From positions 32,001 to 96,000 of the IMG/VR virus record IMGVR_UViG_3300020316_000005: a DNA stretch of 64,000 nt; one strand, given 5' to 3'. A program made the position numbers and the translations under genes. Under the pieces are notes generated by a model. The model saw nothing but the letters and a program-made list of their open reading frames with translations, did not search any database and had not been told where the DNA came from. Below are positions 18,200 through 25,385 of this stretch, piece after piece (position 1 is the stretch's first letter; every line of letters begins with the position of its first letter). The stretch is from a virus. Its lineage: Duplodnaviria > Caudoviricetes.

Positions 18200-19530
18200 T
18201 CAGGATACTCCCAATTTGTTATGAATTGTGTTTTGTGAGATGGTCCCCAAGTACCAGCTGTGTAGAGATATGGTGTTGTTCTAATCTTACAGTTATCTCC
18301 AACACACAGAAGATCATCTACAATACGCCAAGATTCAAGAACTTCTTCTGCGTGTACAAAGTGTGACTGATTTCCTGCCATCGCTTCATACAGAAGTTTT
18401 GTATATCCTTGACTTGCATTCTCCATTGGATAATCGTGACTGAGAGTTGCTAGTTCAACACTCTCATCAAGTCCAGGTTTCTTAATATCAATACGAATAT
18501 CAAGGTGAGCATTTGGTTGGAAGCGCATTACGATACGATCGTTTGCTTCGTGTCCATCAAACAACTGCTGAGGTGGAGACTTGAGTTTTACAACAACCTC
18601 CACACAACCATATGGTAGGTTCTTTCCAGTCATATAATAGAAAGGAACTCCCTGCCATCTCCAGTTGTCAACATAAATGTCACCCGCAACGAATGTGGGA
18701 ACTTCACTGTTTGAATCAACTCCATCTTCTTCCCTATAACCAATGTATTGACCTGGGATAAGATTCTTACCAAGGCGCATTGCAGCAAGAACTTTCACCT
18801 TCTCACGACGGATTTCTCGTGCATCTAGTTTTGATGGTGGTTCCATAGCAACCAGAGAGATAATCTGAAGCAGATGATTCTGCAACATATCTCTGATAAC
18901 ACCTGATCCCTCATAATATTGAGACCGACCTTCACAACCGATAGTTTCAGTTGCATAGATCTGGACCTCATCTATGTAATTGCGGTTCCATAGAGGTTCC
19001 AACAGAATGTTGCTAAACCGTGTAGCAAGAATATTGTTGACAGTATCTTTGCCAAGATAATGGTCAATGCGATAGACTTGTTTTTCGCGTAAATATCGCT
19101 GAACCACAGACTGTAAATGATCAGCAGATTTATAGTCGTGCCCAAAGGGTTTCTCAATAACCACACGGGATGTTTCGGGGTTATCGAGGAGTCCTGCTTC
19201 TTTGAGATTGATGATAGCATCTTCATATCTCTCTGGGGGTACAGATAAAAAGTAGGTTACATCTTCTGCCTGAGGTAAGCACTGTAGAGATTCAACCTTA
19301 GTCAGGTCAGATGGTTGGTAATCGAGGTGATGCAAAAATTCTTCTGGATACTCACCAAGAGATTCCTTCCACTGCGTCACAGTAGGTTCTCTCCTGGCAG
19401 TACCAGTAATTAAAAGATTGTCTTCGAGAAGACCTCTCTCCCAAAGTTTGTGGAGTGCAGGGATAAGTTTCTTCTTACAAAGATCACCAGTCGCACCAAA
19501 GATAACTAATTGTTTAGTGCGCTGTTCCAT
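18196..19530 (-). CDS. zwf: Glucose-6-phosphate 1-dehydrogenase (auxiliary metabolic gene)
   Basis: IFGATGDL, EKPFG, RIDHYLGK, RDMLQNHL, NWRWQGVPFY; start moved to 19530 because the upstream extension encodes ndhP in another frame. Confidence 0.97.
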   Translation of the reverse strand: MEQRTKQLVIFGATGDLCKKKLIPALHKLWERGLLEDNLLITGTARREPTVTQWKESLGEYPEEFLHHLDYQPSDLTKVESLQCLPQAEDVTYFLSVPPERYEDAIINLKEAGLLDNPETSRVVIEKPFGHDYKSADHLQSVVQRYLREKQVYRIDHYLGKDTVNNILATRFSNILLEPLWNRNYIDEVQIYATETIGCEGRSQYYEGSGVIRDMLQNHLLQIISLVAMEPPSKLDAREIRREKVKVLAAMRLGKNLIPGQYIGYREEDGVDSNSEVPTFVAGDIYVDNWRWQGVPFYYMTGKNLPYGCVEVVVKLKSPPQQLFDGHEANDRIVMRFQPNAHLDIRIDIKKPGLDESVELATLSHDYPMENASQGYTKLLYEAMAGNQSHFVHAEEVLESWRIVDDLLCVGDNCKIRTTPYLYTAGTWGPSHKTQFITNWEYPE

Positions 19531-19645
19531 TTCCGTCATAGTCGTCTGAGTCATAGTAATTATTTTCACCTTTTCGTATCCCGAAATAGATGGTGGATAG
19601 TACAAAGGGTACTGCTGCCCAAAGTAAGACATCAGAGAATATCAT
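19514..19645 (-). CDS. ndhP: NdhP-like small subunit of photosynthetic complex I (NDH-1L), 43 aa
   Basis: Hand translation MIFSDVLLWAAVPFVLSTIYFGIRKGENNYYDSDDYDGNGTAH: one TM helix plus the NdhP C-terminal signature FG..nG.Yd.d.Y.GNG(S/T)AH. Confidence 0.88.
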   Translation of the reverse strand: MIFSDVLLWAAVPFVLSTIYFGIRKGENNYYDSDDYDGNGTAH

Positions 19646-19790
19646 TGTTAGGACCTAATCCAAGGGACGCAAGGTAATCAATCCACCATTGTGGATTTTT
19701 ATTATACTTCCAATTCGGAACAGGTTTTCCCTGCTCCGAATAGTATTCTTCGAGTGCACTATCTATAGTCTGTGCGATCTCCATATTCAT
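19632..19790 (-). CDS. Small hypothetical protein (MNMEIAQTIDSALEEYY...PQWWIDYL)
   Basis: 3' part of track ORF 19632..19880; start trimmed to reduce overlap. Confidence 0.65.
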   Translation of the reverse strand: MNMEIAQTIDSALEEYYSEQGKPVPNWKYNKNPQWWIDYLASLGLGPNNDIL

Positions 19791-19971
19791 CTTCCTCCGA
19801 GTCAACATCTTCATACGGGTTCTCCACAAAGGGTCCTCGTTTTCGTAGAGGTTCTTGTCTGACATAATCCGACTCAGCATTGATAGCGGACATCCACACT
19901 GCTACTTTCATTACTATGTAGATAACCGCGAGGGGAACAAAGCATAGAAACAGTGTGAATTGTGATTTCAT
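19759..19971 (-). CDS. Small single-TM protein
   Basis: N-terminal hydrophobic helix, acidic tail; ATGA overlap with the gnd stop. Confidence 0.7.
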   Translation of the reverse strand: MKSQFTLFLCFVPLAVIYIVMKVAVWMSAINAESDYVRQEPLRKRGPFVENPYEDVDSEEDEYGDRTDYR

Positions 19972-21032
19972 CTGACGTTGTGACCTCCGAATTTGAATCG
20001 CATTCCATTGAGAACTCTGTTTGCAAAGTTACCTAATCTTCGAGAGTTGAACCTCTCAAATAGTGCAGTGCTAAGGACAGGAGTGGGAACGCCAAGATCC
20101 ACAGCAGCGTGAACAGTCCAACGCCCTTCACCACTGTCTGATACTCCCCCATCAAATCTGCTAAGCTCGTGATCGCTCCGTAGTACATCAGCGGCAAGGT
20201 CAAGTAACCAAGAACCAACAACGCTACCACGACGCCAAAGCTCAGCCACCTCAGCAGTGTCAATGTCATAGCAATAGGACTCAGGGTCTGCCATAGGCGC
20301 AACCTCAGCGTCTCCTTCTTTGACGTATCTTGATCCTGCATTTGCCTCGTGGATAATGTTGAAACCTTCGGCATACGCCTGCATAATTCCATACTCTACA
20401 CCATTGTGAACCATCTTCACAAAATGACCTGCTCCAGGCGGTCCACAATGCAACCAACCGTGTTCACTACTGGACTCATAATCATATGGGTCTGTACGAG
20501 CGGCAGATCCGATGCCTGGGGCGAGTGCCCTAAAGATAGGAGCGCAGGCGGATACTGCAGTAGTTGCACCACCAACCATAAGACAGTATCCACGGTCCAG
20601 ACCGTAAACACCACCAGAAGTGCCGCAGTCAATATATTGGATACCCAATTTAGCCAGACGCTCTGCCCTTTTCCGACTGTCCTTAAAATTGCTATTGCCG
20701 TTATCAATAATAATATCTCCTTCACTACAAAATTGTAGTAGCTCATTGATTGTGTCCTCTACGGTTTCTGCTGGTACAACCATCATAAAAATGCCTGGTT
20801 GCTCAGAGATGATTGTCTCTCCAGACTTCTCCCCATAAATGGATTTCTTTTCCTTGACTACTTGAACAAGGCTTTCCAAAGAAGTGGTACATCCACTGAT
20901 ATAACCCGCTTCATATTGTTTACAAGCTTTTTCATAATTGTTTCTGTAACCGTGAACTTCAATACCTGCTTTGATCATACGACGAGACATACCCTCGCCC
21001 ATACGACCCAGACCAATCATTCCTACTTTCAT
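19968..21032 (-). CDS. gnd: 6-phosphogluconate dehydrogenase (short type; auxiliary metabolic gene)
   Basis: GMIGLGRMG, GTSGG, GAGHFVKMVHNGVEYG, DSGEGRWT, FGGH. Confidence 0.97.
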   Translation of the reverse strand: MKVGMIGLGRMGEGMSRRMIKAGIEVHGYRNNYEKACKQYEAGYISGCTTSLESLVQVVKEKKSIYGEKSGETIISEQPGIFMMVVPAETVEDTINELLQFCSEGDIIIDNGNSNFKDSRKRAERLAKLGIQYIDCGTSGGVYGLDRGYCLMVGGATTAVSACAPIFRALAPGIGSAARTDPYDYESSSEHGWLHCGPPGAGHFVKMVHNGVEYGIMQAYAEGFNIIHEANAGSRYVKEGDAEVAPMADPESYCYDIDTAEVAELWRRGSVVGSWLLDLAADVLRSDHELSRFDGGVSDSGEGRWTVHAAVDLGVPTPVLSTALFERFNSRRLGNFANRVLNGMRFKFGGHNVR

Positions 21033-21217
21033 TTTGATTCGTTAATAAAATACTCTGGTAGGGGGCATCCCTTGAAATTTTGAATCTCGTCCACAGCGAG
21101 AACGAACATAGTTACAAATCCTAAACAGAATGCAAATAGCATCTGTGGGAAGTTATAGTTACAGTCGTTTGCTGTAGGATCTTCTGGCTCATCATCGTGT
21201 GGAAATCGCATCCGCAT
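21029..21217 (-). CDS. Small single-TM protein
   Basis: MLFAFCLGFVTMFVLAV helix; coupled to PTOX and gnd. Confidence 0.7.
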   Translation of the reverse strand: MRMRFPHDDEPEDPTANDCNYNFPQMLFAFCLGFVTMFVLAVDEIQNFKGCPLPEYFINESK

Positions 21218-21717
21218 CAGATCATCTCCATTGCTTTATGTAGTTCCGCCGAATGTTCGAGTTCATCATTCAAGATCTCAAGGATCTTTTCATCAGGACC
21301 TTCCAAAGCAAGATACTTTGCATAGGTCTCTGCTGCGTGAATCTCAACCTCTTCTGCTAGATGATAAGCATACTTTGGAGCAAGAAGATAATAGACCACG
21401 TTACTCCAATAGTAGACAAGAACCAGATGATAAGCGAAAAAGCGATCAATCCAATGATCAGCTCCTCCACGTCTCTCCATTTCTTGTAAATGTTCTGTTT
21501 CATTTACCGTTTGTTGAAAGTGTTCTCTCATTAGGTAAAAATGCGTCTCGGTCCTTAGACCTAGAGACTCCCTAAAATGAAGTACACTTAGAAAGGCAAA
21601 GTATGGTGCTCGTGCAATTACCTCAAGCACCCAGAAACGTTGAAAGTATCGACCTCTATAAAGAGAATCGATTATGAAAACTGTTAAATCGAGAATTGCT
21701 GTGTTGACTTTTTTCAT
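21217..21717 (-). CDS. ptox: Plastoquinol terminal oxidase (auxiliary metabolic gene)
   Basis: RFWVLEVIARAPYF, ETEHL, EEVEIHAAETY, DELEH di-iron motifs; start at MKKVN. Confidence 0.95.
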   Translation of the reverse strand: MKKVNTAILDLTVFIIDSLYRGRYFQRFWVLEVIARAPYFAFLSVLHFRESLGLRTETHFYLMREHFQQTVNETEHLQEMERRGGADHWIDRFFAYHLVLVYYWSNVVYYLLAPKYAYHLAEEVEIHAAETYAKYLALEGPDEKILEILNDELEHSAELHKAMEMI

Positions 21718-21863
21718 TTGTGCTTCCTCACGAAAGGTTCCCAGTGTTCCCAACCATATTTGTGCACTAAGTGCATACCAATGATAGGAACGAAAACTAA
21801 AAGGAAGCAGAGACTACCTAGAAAGAACTCATTGTTCACTAGGTGTCTGACGACAACTAGCAT
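21714..21863 (-). CDS. Small single-TM protein (49 aa, MLVVVRHLVNNEFFLGSLCFLLVFVPIIGMHLVHKYGWEHWEPFVRKHK)
   Basis: Hand-translated, below cutoff; ATGA overlap with the PTOX start. Confidence 0.75.
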   Translation of the reverse strand: MLVVVRHLVNNEFFLGSLCFLLVFVPIIGMHLVHKYGWEHWEPFVRKHK

Positions 21864-22011
21864 TTTCTACATACCCCTTGAATGAATTTGACATATCACG
21901 GTACCCAGAGCCCACATAGATCTGTCCACCAACAACCGCTATGGTTGCAATGCCCCAAAAAATGTAATACCACTGGGATTTGATTTGATGCTTTTTAGAT
22001 TTTTTACACAT
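21829..22011 (-). CDS. Small single-TM protein
   Basis: WYYIFWGIATIAVVGGQIYVG helix. Confidence 0.7.
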   Translation of the reverse strand: MCKKSKKHQIKSQWYYIFWGIATIAVVGGQIYVGSGYRDMSNSFKGYVENASCRQTPSEQ

Positions 22012-22250
22012 TATGAAAGTTGATCGACAATAGGTTTAATGATGTTAATATCTATCCCTGCAAATGGTGGGATTTTGCCTACCATTCTAAGCATTCCATC
22101 GAGAAAAGCAGCGAACACAATGGCACCTAACCATATCGAAATCAAAGATGCGTTACGGTTGTGTCTTGTGATCGCTTTATCGATCATATACTGGGCTTCC
22201 TCTTTACTGATATAATGAGGGGGATCCAGTTTTTCAAATCTGTGAGTCAT
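22011..22250 (-). CDS. Small membrane protein
   Basis: HNRNASLISIWLGAIVFAAFLDGML; TAATG coupling to petE. Confidence 0.75.
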   Translation of the reverse strand: MTHRFEKLDPPHYISKEEAQYMIDKAITRHNRNASLISIWLGAIVFAAFLDGMLRMVGKIPPFAGIDINIIKPIVDQLS

Positions 22251-22573
22251 TACTCTACGTGAACAGTACCGATCATACCCGCACCTTTATGGGGGGCACA
22301 CCAATAAGTATAGTCACCAGCGTCACTAAAGACAACATCAAACTCTTCACCAGGCAGCATTGCTAGTGCCTCGTGATCAAGTTCTGGATGATCTTCCACA
22401 ATCACATTGTGAGGTGGAAGCATATTATTAACGAAGTGTACTGATTCACCTGCAGCAATAGTTACCTCTGCTGGTTCAAATACAAGGTTACCATCGTAAC
22501 CCATCTGAACATCTACAGCCCAAGCAGGTGCAGAAAAGAAGAGTGTCGCTAGAAGTGCAAAGAAAAACTTCAT
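22250..22573 (-). CDS. petE: Plastocyanin (auxiliary metabolic gene)
   Basis: Signal peptide ending AWA, LVFEP, PPHNV, YWCAPHKGAGM type-1 Cu ligands. Confidence 0.97.
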   Translation of the reverse strand: MKFFFALLATLFFSAPAWAVDVQMGYDGNLVFEPAEVTIAAGESVHFVNNMLPPHNVIVEDHPELDHEALAMLPGEEFDVVFSDAGDYTYWCAPHKGAGMIGTVHVE

Positions 22574-22599
22574 TCGATAGTTAGAAATAACTAATCTAT

Positions 22600-22815
22600 C
22601 TATATCTTCCTGATAGATCTGTAACGAGGATTTGTTTTGACTTCCTCACTAACCATCTCACCAAATTCTGTAACACATTCGCACCATTTTTTTCTCGCTT
22701 CTATGGTTGCTTTAGTGTGTTTTGTCTCTATATTTTCAAATAACGCAAACCATTCGCACCAGAGGGAAGCACACTGATTAGATTTTGTTTCAAGGTGCTC
22801 CTCTCTGTACGCCAA
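22600..22815 (-). CDS. Hypothetical helical protein (71 aa)
   Basis: ORF with AGGA SD in co-directional island. Confidence 0.7.
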   Translation of the reverse strand: MAYREEHLETKSNQCASLWCEWFALFENIETKHTKATIEARKKWCECVTEFGEMVSEEVKTNPRYRSIRKI

Positions 22816-22828
22816 TCATTCCTCACTG

Positions 22829-23113
22829 CTACTCTCTATTCCACCACTGCTCTGCGCCTTCACCATATTTCTCACCAAAAGTATCAAGATCTTGTATTCG
22901 TTTATCCCAGGTATCACCACCTGTGGATCCCTTCATAGGATTGATACATTGGTTATCTGCTAGTCTGTTGCAGACGAGACCAGCAAGATCAAGTTCATTA
23001 CCCTTTACTCCTGTACCAGACCAACGGTGTTCACCATTGATCCAGGTTGCGCCACATTTCGGGCATTCCTTTCTGCTCATAAACAGATCGGACAGCTCTT
23101 TATCAGCGGTCAT
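22829..23113 (-). CDS. Cys-rich hypothetical protein (CPKC...LDLAGLVC...CINP)
   Basis: Four Cys, probable metal binding. Confidence 0.75.
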   Translation of the reverse strand: MTADKELSDLFMSRKECPKCGATWINGEHRWSGTGVKGNELDLAGLVCNRLADNQCINPMKGSTGGDTWDKRIQDLDTFGEKYGEGAEQWWNRE

Positions 23114-23324
23114 TAGGATTGTTCTCCTTGATTAGTTGTGTGTATTTGGCGGTGTCTCTAAGCAAAGATCGCTTGAGTTTCCTTTTCATCAGATACATCC
23201 TAAACCTGATCCAGGAATACCGCAACTCTAGATCCACATATGCGAATAACCTCATCGTTGCATCATACCCTGCTACAGCGAACAGGATGGTTACAAAGAC
23301 AAGGATAAGGTATACACCTGCCAT
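23103..23324 (-). CDS. Small membrane protein
   Basis: N-terminal TM helix, basic tail. Confidence 0.7.
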   Translation of the reverse strand: MAGVYLILVFVTILFAVAGYDATMRLFAYVDLELRYSWIRFRMYLMKRKLKRSLLRDTAKYTQLIKENNPNDR

Positions 23325-23347
23325 AGTGGTATCATCCAGATACAGAA

Positions 23348-23365
23348 ATTATACCACTATTTAAT
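23348..23365 (-). promoter_or_regulatory. Tandem late-like promoter (ATTAAATA) and extended -10 element (TGGTATAAT) at the head of the AMG cluster
   Basis: TGnTATAAT at 23356-23348; TAAATA core within 23365-23358. Confidence 0.5.
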
Positions 23366-23368
23366 AAA

Positions 23369-23806
23369 TTAGCACTTCCACTTTCTAAGTGCGAGTGCTT
23401 TACGTGTTGGTTTCCCATTTTCGTCCTTCATTGGACCTTTCATACCACCCATACGGGCACAGAAAGATCTCTTACGAGGACCACCTTCGGGTTGAGGTGC
23501 CTTCAAATCTGAACCAGGGTTCTCTCTTTCATAGGACTTACGTCCTTTCTCATTCAGACCACCAGAAGGATTCTTTCCTTCTTTGCGCTGCCAAGCACTT
23601 TCCTTGACATCAGCAGCTGCTTTTCCAGAATACTTTCTCTTTGAATTACGTTTCGCTGTATCGTCAATCTCTTTCATTTTAAGAGCGTGACTCATTTTTC
23701 TACGAATAGACGGTCTACCAATAGGAGGATTAGTCCTATCAATAACACGTGCAACCTTTAGGGCTACACCCTCGTCAAATTCGTGGAACTCAGCGAAAGT
23801 CTTCAT
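23369..23806 (-). CDS. Basic putative internal head protein, DUF6321-like C-terminus
   Basis: N-terminal MKTFAEF resembles the T4 capsid-targeting sequence; C-terminal GGLNEKGRKSY...SFCARM...ALRKWKC. Confidence 0.7.
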   Translation of the reverse strand: MKTFAEFHEFDEGVALKVARVIDRTNPPIGRPSIRRKMSHALKMKEIDDTAKRNSKRKYSGKAAADVKESAWQRKEGKNPSGGLNEKGRKSYERENPGSDLKAPQPEGGPRKRSFCARMGGMKGPMKDENGKPTRKALALRKWKC

Positions 23807-23946
23807 TGTTCTTGATTATGTTTTGGGTTAGAGGGGCAGTTCTCTTCGTGCTTCTCAATCCAAGTTTTAGGACGCCAATGTCCTTTGGGAGAAGTCAGAC
23901 CGCAATACTGACACACATAAGTGCCATCTTCACGTCGTTCAGCCAT
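23803..23946 (-). CDS. Small C2HC Zn-finger protein (MAERREDGTYVCQYC...HEENC)
   Basis: 3' part of track ORF 23803..24105; ATG at 23946 overlaps the upstream stop. Confidence 0.7.
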   Translation of the reverse strand: MAERREDGTYVCQYCGLTSPKGHWRPKTWIEKHEENCPSNPKHNQEQ

Positions 23947-24625
23947 AGTGAAATTTCCTGTCTTTGGTTTTCTTAGGTAGTTTAGCAGATCGTACCTTCG
24001 TGGATGACGTTTCGCCATACCCTTCAGGATGTTTTCCGCCTTTTGCCTTACCGATGGAATCAGACTTAGCCTTACTTCCTTTCTCGGTATAATGTAGTTT
24101 AGCATCTTTTCCAGGCTTTTTGGTAATCACGGATTCTTGACCGTGCTTCCTACCCAGACGACGCATCACTTTACCAAAGCGGCGTCTCGACATCTTATCA
24201 GGTTTGGACGTGTGATATGAAACCTCACGACCAGTTTTACCGTCGGCATACTTGTATTCACCGACGCCTTTCTTGTGTCCGATACCGTGCTTCTTGAGAT
24301 CTTTCTCAAGACTCTTACGCTTTTCACGGTTCTTCTTCTCGTCAGAACCACGGTCAGCAGAAATGTGTCCAGTATCTTTTTTCTTTGCTTTGTCCATTGC
24401 ACGTGCGAGACCACCCTCAGCAATGAAGGTTCCGAACGGCATCAAGTAGGACTGAGTTTGCATCATCATATCCGTGCTACCTCCTCTTTGGACAGTCTTT
24501 CTTTGTAGTTGTAATCTTCTCAAGTTGAGCATCAGTTGCCTACGATCAAGCATCTGCTTTTGCTTCTTAACTTGATTACCAGCACCACCTTTTTGTTGCT
24601 GTTGTTCTGGTTGATTTTCCATCAC
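23939..24625 (-). CDS. Basic protein with SAM lyase (T3 gp0.3-like) motifs, putative capsid-packaged
   Basis: ISADR, N...R..L...L, GEY, EVS, LG...GQESVI motif series; internal MPFGTFIAE. Confidence 0.55.
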   Translation of the reverse strand: MMENQPEQQQQKGGAGNQVKKQKQMLDRRQLMLNLRRLQLQRKTVQRGGSTDMMMQTQSYLMPFGTFIAEGGLARAMDKAKKKDTGHISADRGSDEKKNREKRKSLEKDLKKHGIGHKKGVGEYKYADGKTGREVSYHTSKPDKMSRRRFGKVMRRLGRKHGQESVITKKPGKDAKLHYTEKGSKAKSDSIGKAKGGKHPEGYGETSSTKVRSAKLPKKTKDRKFHYG

Positions 24626-24903
24626 TGACGAGCAACTTTAGTACACTTGAGACCATTACCATCGATAGTTTCGAGTGCATCTTTCTCAAGATACATAACA
24701 CCGCCTGCTTCGATGCTGACAGTACGCGAACCCAGTGCAACATACTTGGTGCCATCACCACGGGCGCTAACAACAGCAGCGTCATCAATCGTCAAAACAA
24801 TGGTTGCTCCAGTGTCATTCACAACACGTACAGCAGTTGCTTTGCTCAAGTTAGTTGCACTACTGAGAGTCACCTCAGCAGCCATTACTCTTACTCTATC
24901 CAT
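24622..24903 (-). CDS. Hypothetical beta-rich protein (93 aa)
   Basis: ORF downstream of a late promoter, coupled to the next gene. Confidence 0.75.
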   Translation of the reverse strand: MDRVRVMAAEVTLSSATNLSKATAVRVVNDTGATIVLTIDDAAVVSARGDGTKYVALGSRTVSIEAGGVMYLEKDALETIDGNGLKCTKVARQ

Positions 24904-24926
24904 TTCTGATTACAGGGTGGTGTGTA

Positions 24927-25385
24927 CTATTTATCATTTTGTTTCTGTTGTTTCAGAAACTTGGCAAGTTCTGCTGTGCTACCAACGAACATAGTGTTGT
25001 TAGTGACATTTTGTGCTGCCTTACCTTGTGGACCTTCTTCCAGTTCCTGCATCTTTTTCTGCAGGTCGATAAGTTTGTCCGTAGTGTCAGCAATATTTTT
25101 AATCATATTGCCAGCGACTTCATATGCTCTAGGAGAATCGGACTCTTGTGCTAACTCAAGAATACCGTCAACTGCCTCTTGACCCTTTTCGATTAAAGAG
25201 TATAAGTTCCCACGAGTATATTCATAGTCTTTGGAAACTTGTTCTGATGTTGCAGCAGGAACTATCTCAGCAGTTTTTTTCTCTGCTGGTACGATTTGGG
25301 TTTCAACATCAAGAGCATCTTCAATACCCTCATACTTTTGAAACTTATTCGTCGTTTCCTGTGACTGGGTTTCTTGAGAGTCCAT
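24927..25385 (-). CDS. g16: Terminase small subunit gp16 (start uncertain)
   Basis: DYEYTRGNLY, ESDSPRAYEV, NNTMFVGSTAEL. Confidence 0.93.
   Translation of the reverse strand: MDSQETQSQETTNKFQKYEGIEDALDVETQIVPAEKKTAEIVPAATSEQVSKDYEYTRGNLYSLIEKGQEAVDGILELAQESDSPRAYEVAGNMIKNIADTTDKLIDLQKKMQELEEGPQGKAAQNVTNNTMFVGSTAELAKFLKQQKQNDK
24928..24935 (-). promoter_or_regulatory. Late promoter (GATAAATA)
   Basis: 7/8 consensus at the end of g16. Confidence 0.7.

Noticed and set aside
19531-19632. 34-aa N-terminal extension of Zwf in the ORF track
   Set aside because: Region encodes NdhP in another frame; the Rossmann motif begins right after Met at 19530.
21718-21753. N-terminal extension of PTOX
   Set aside because: Overlaps the 49-aa upstream ORF; the ATGA-coupled ATG at 21717 is more plausible.
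22011-22250. Small TM proteins as high-light-inducible proteins (hli) or NdhQ
   Set aside because: No AE..NGR.AM.G motif and no NdhQ-like signature in any of them.
22597-22604. TATAGATA upstream of petE followed by a TAGTTA/TAACTA hairpin
   Set aside because: Mismatch in the conserved TAAATA core and a weak AT-rich stem; not supportable as a promoter or regulator.
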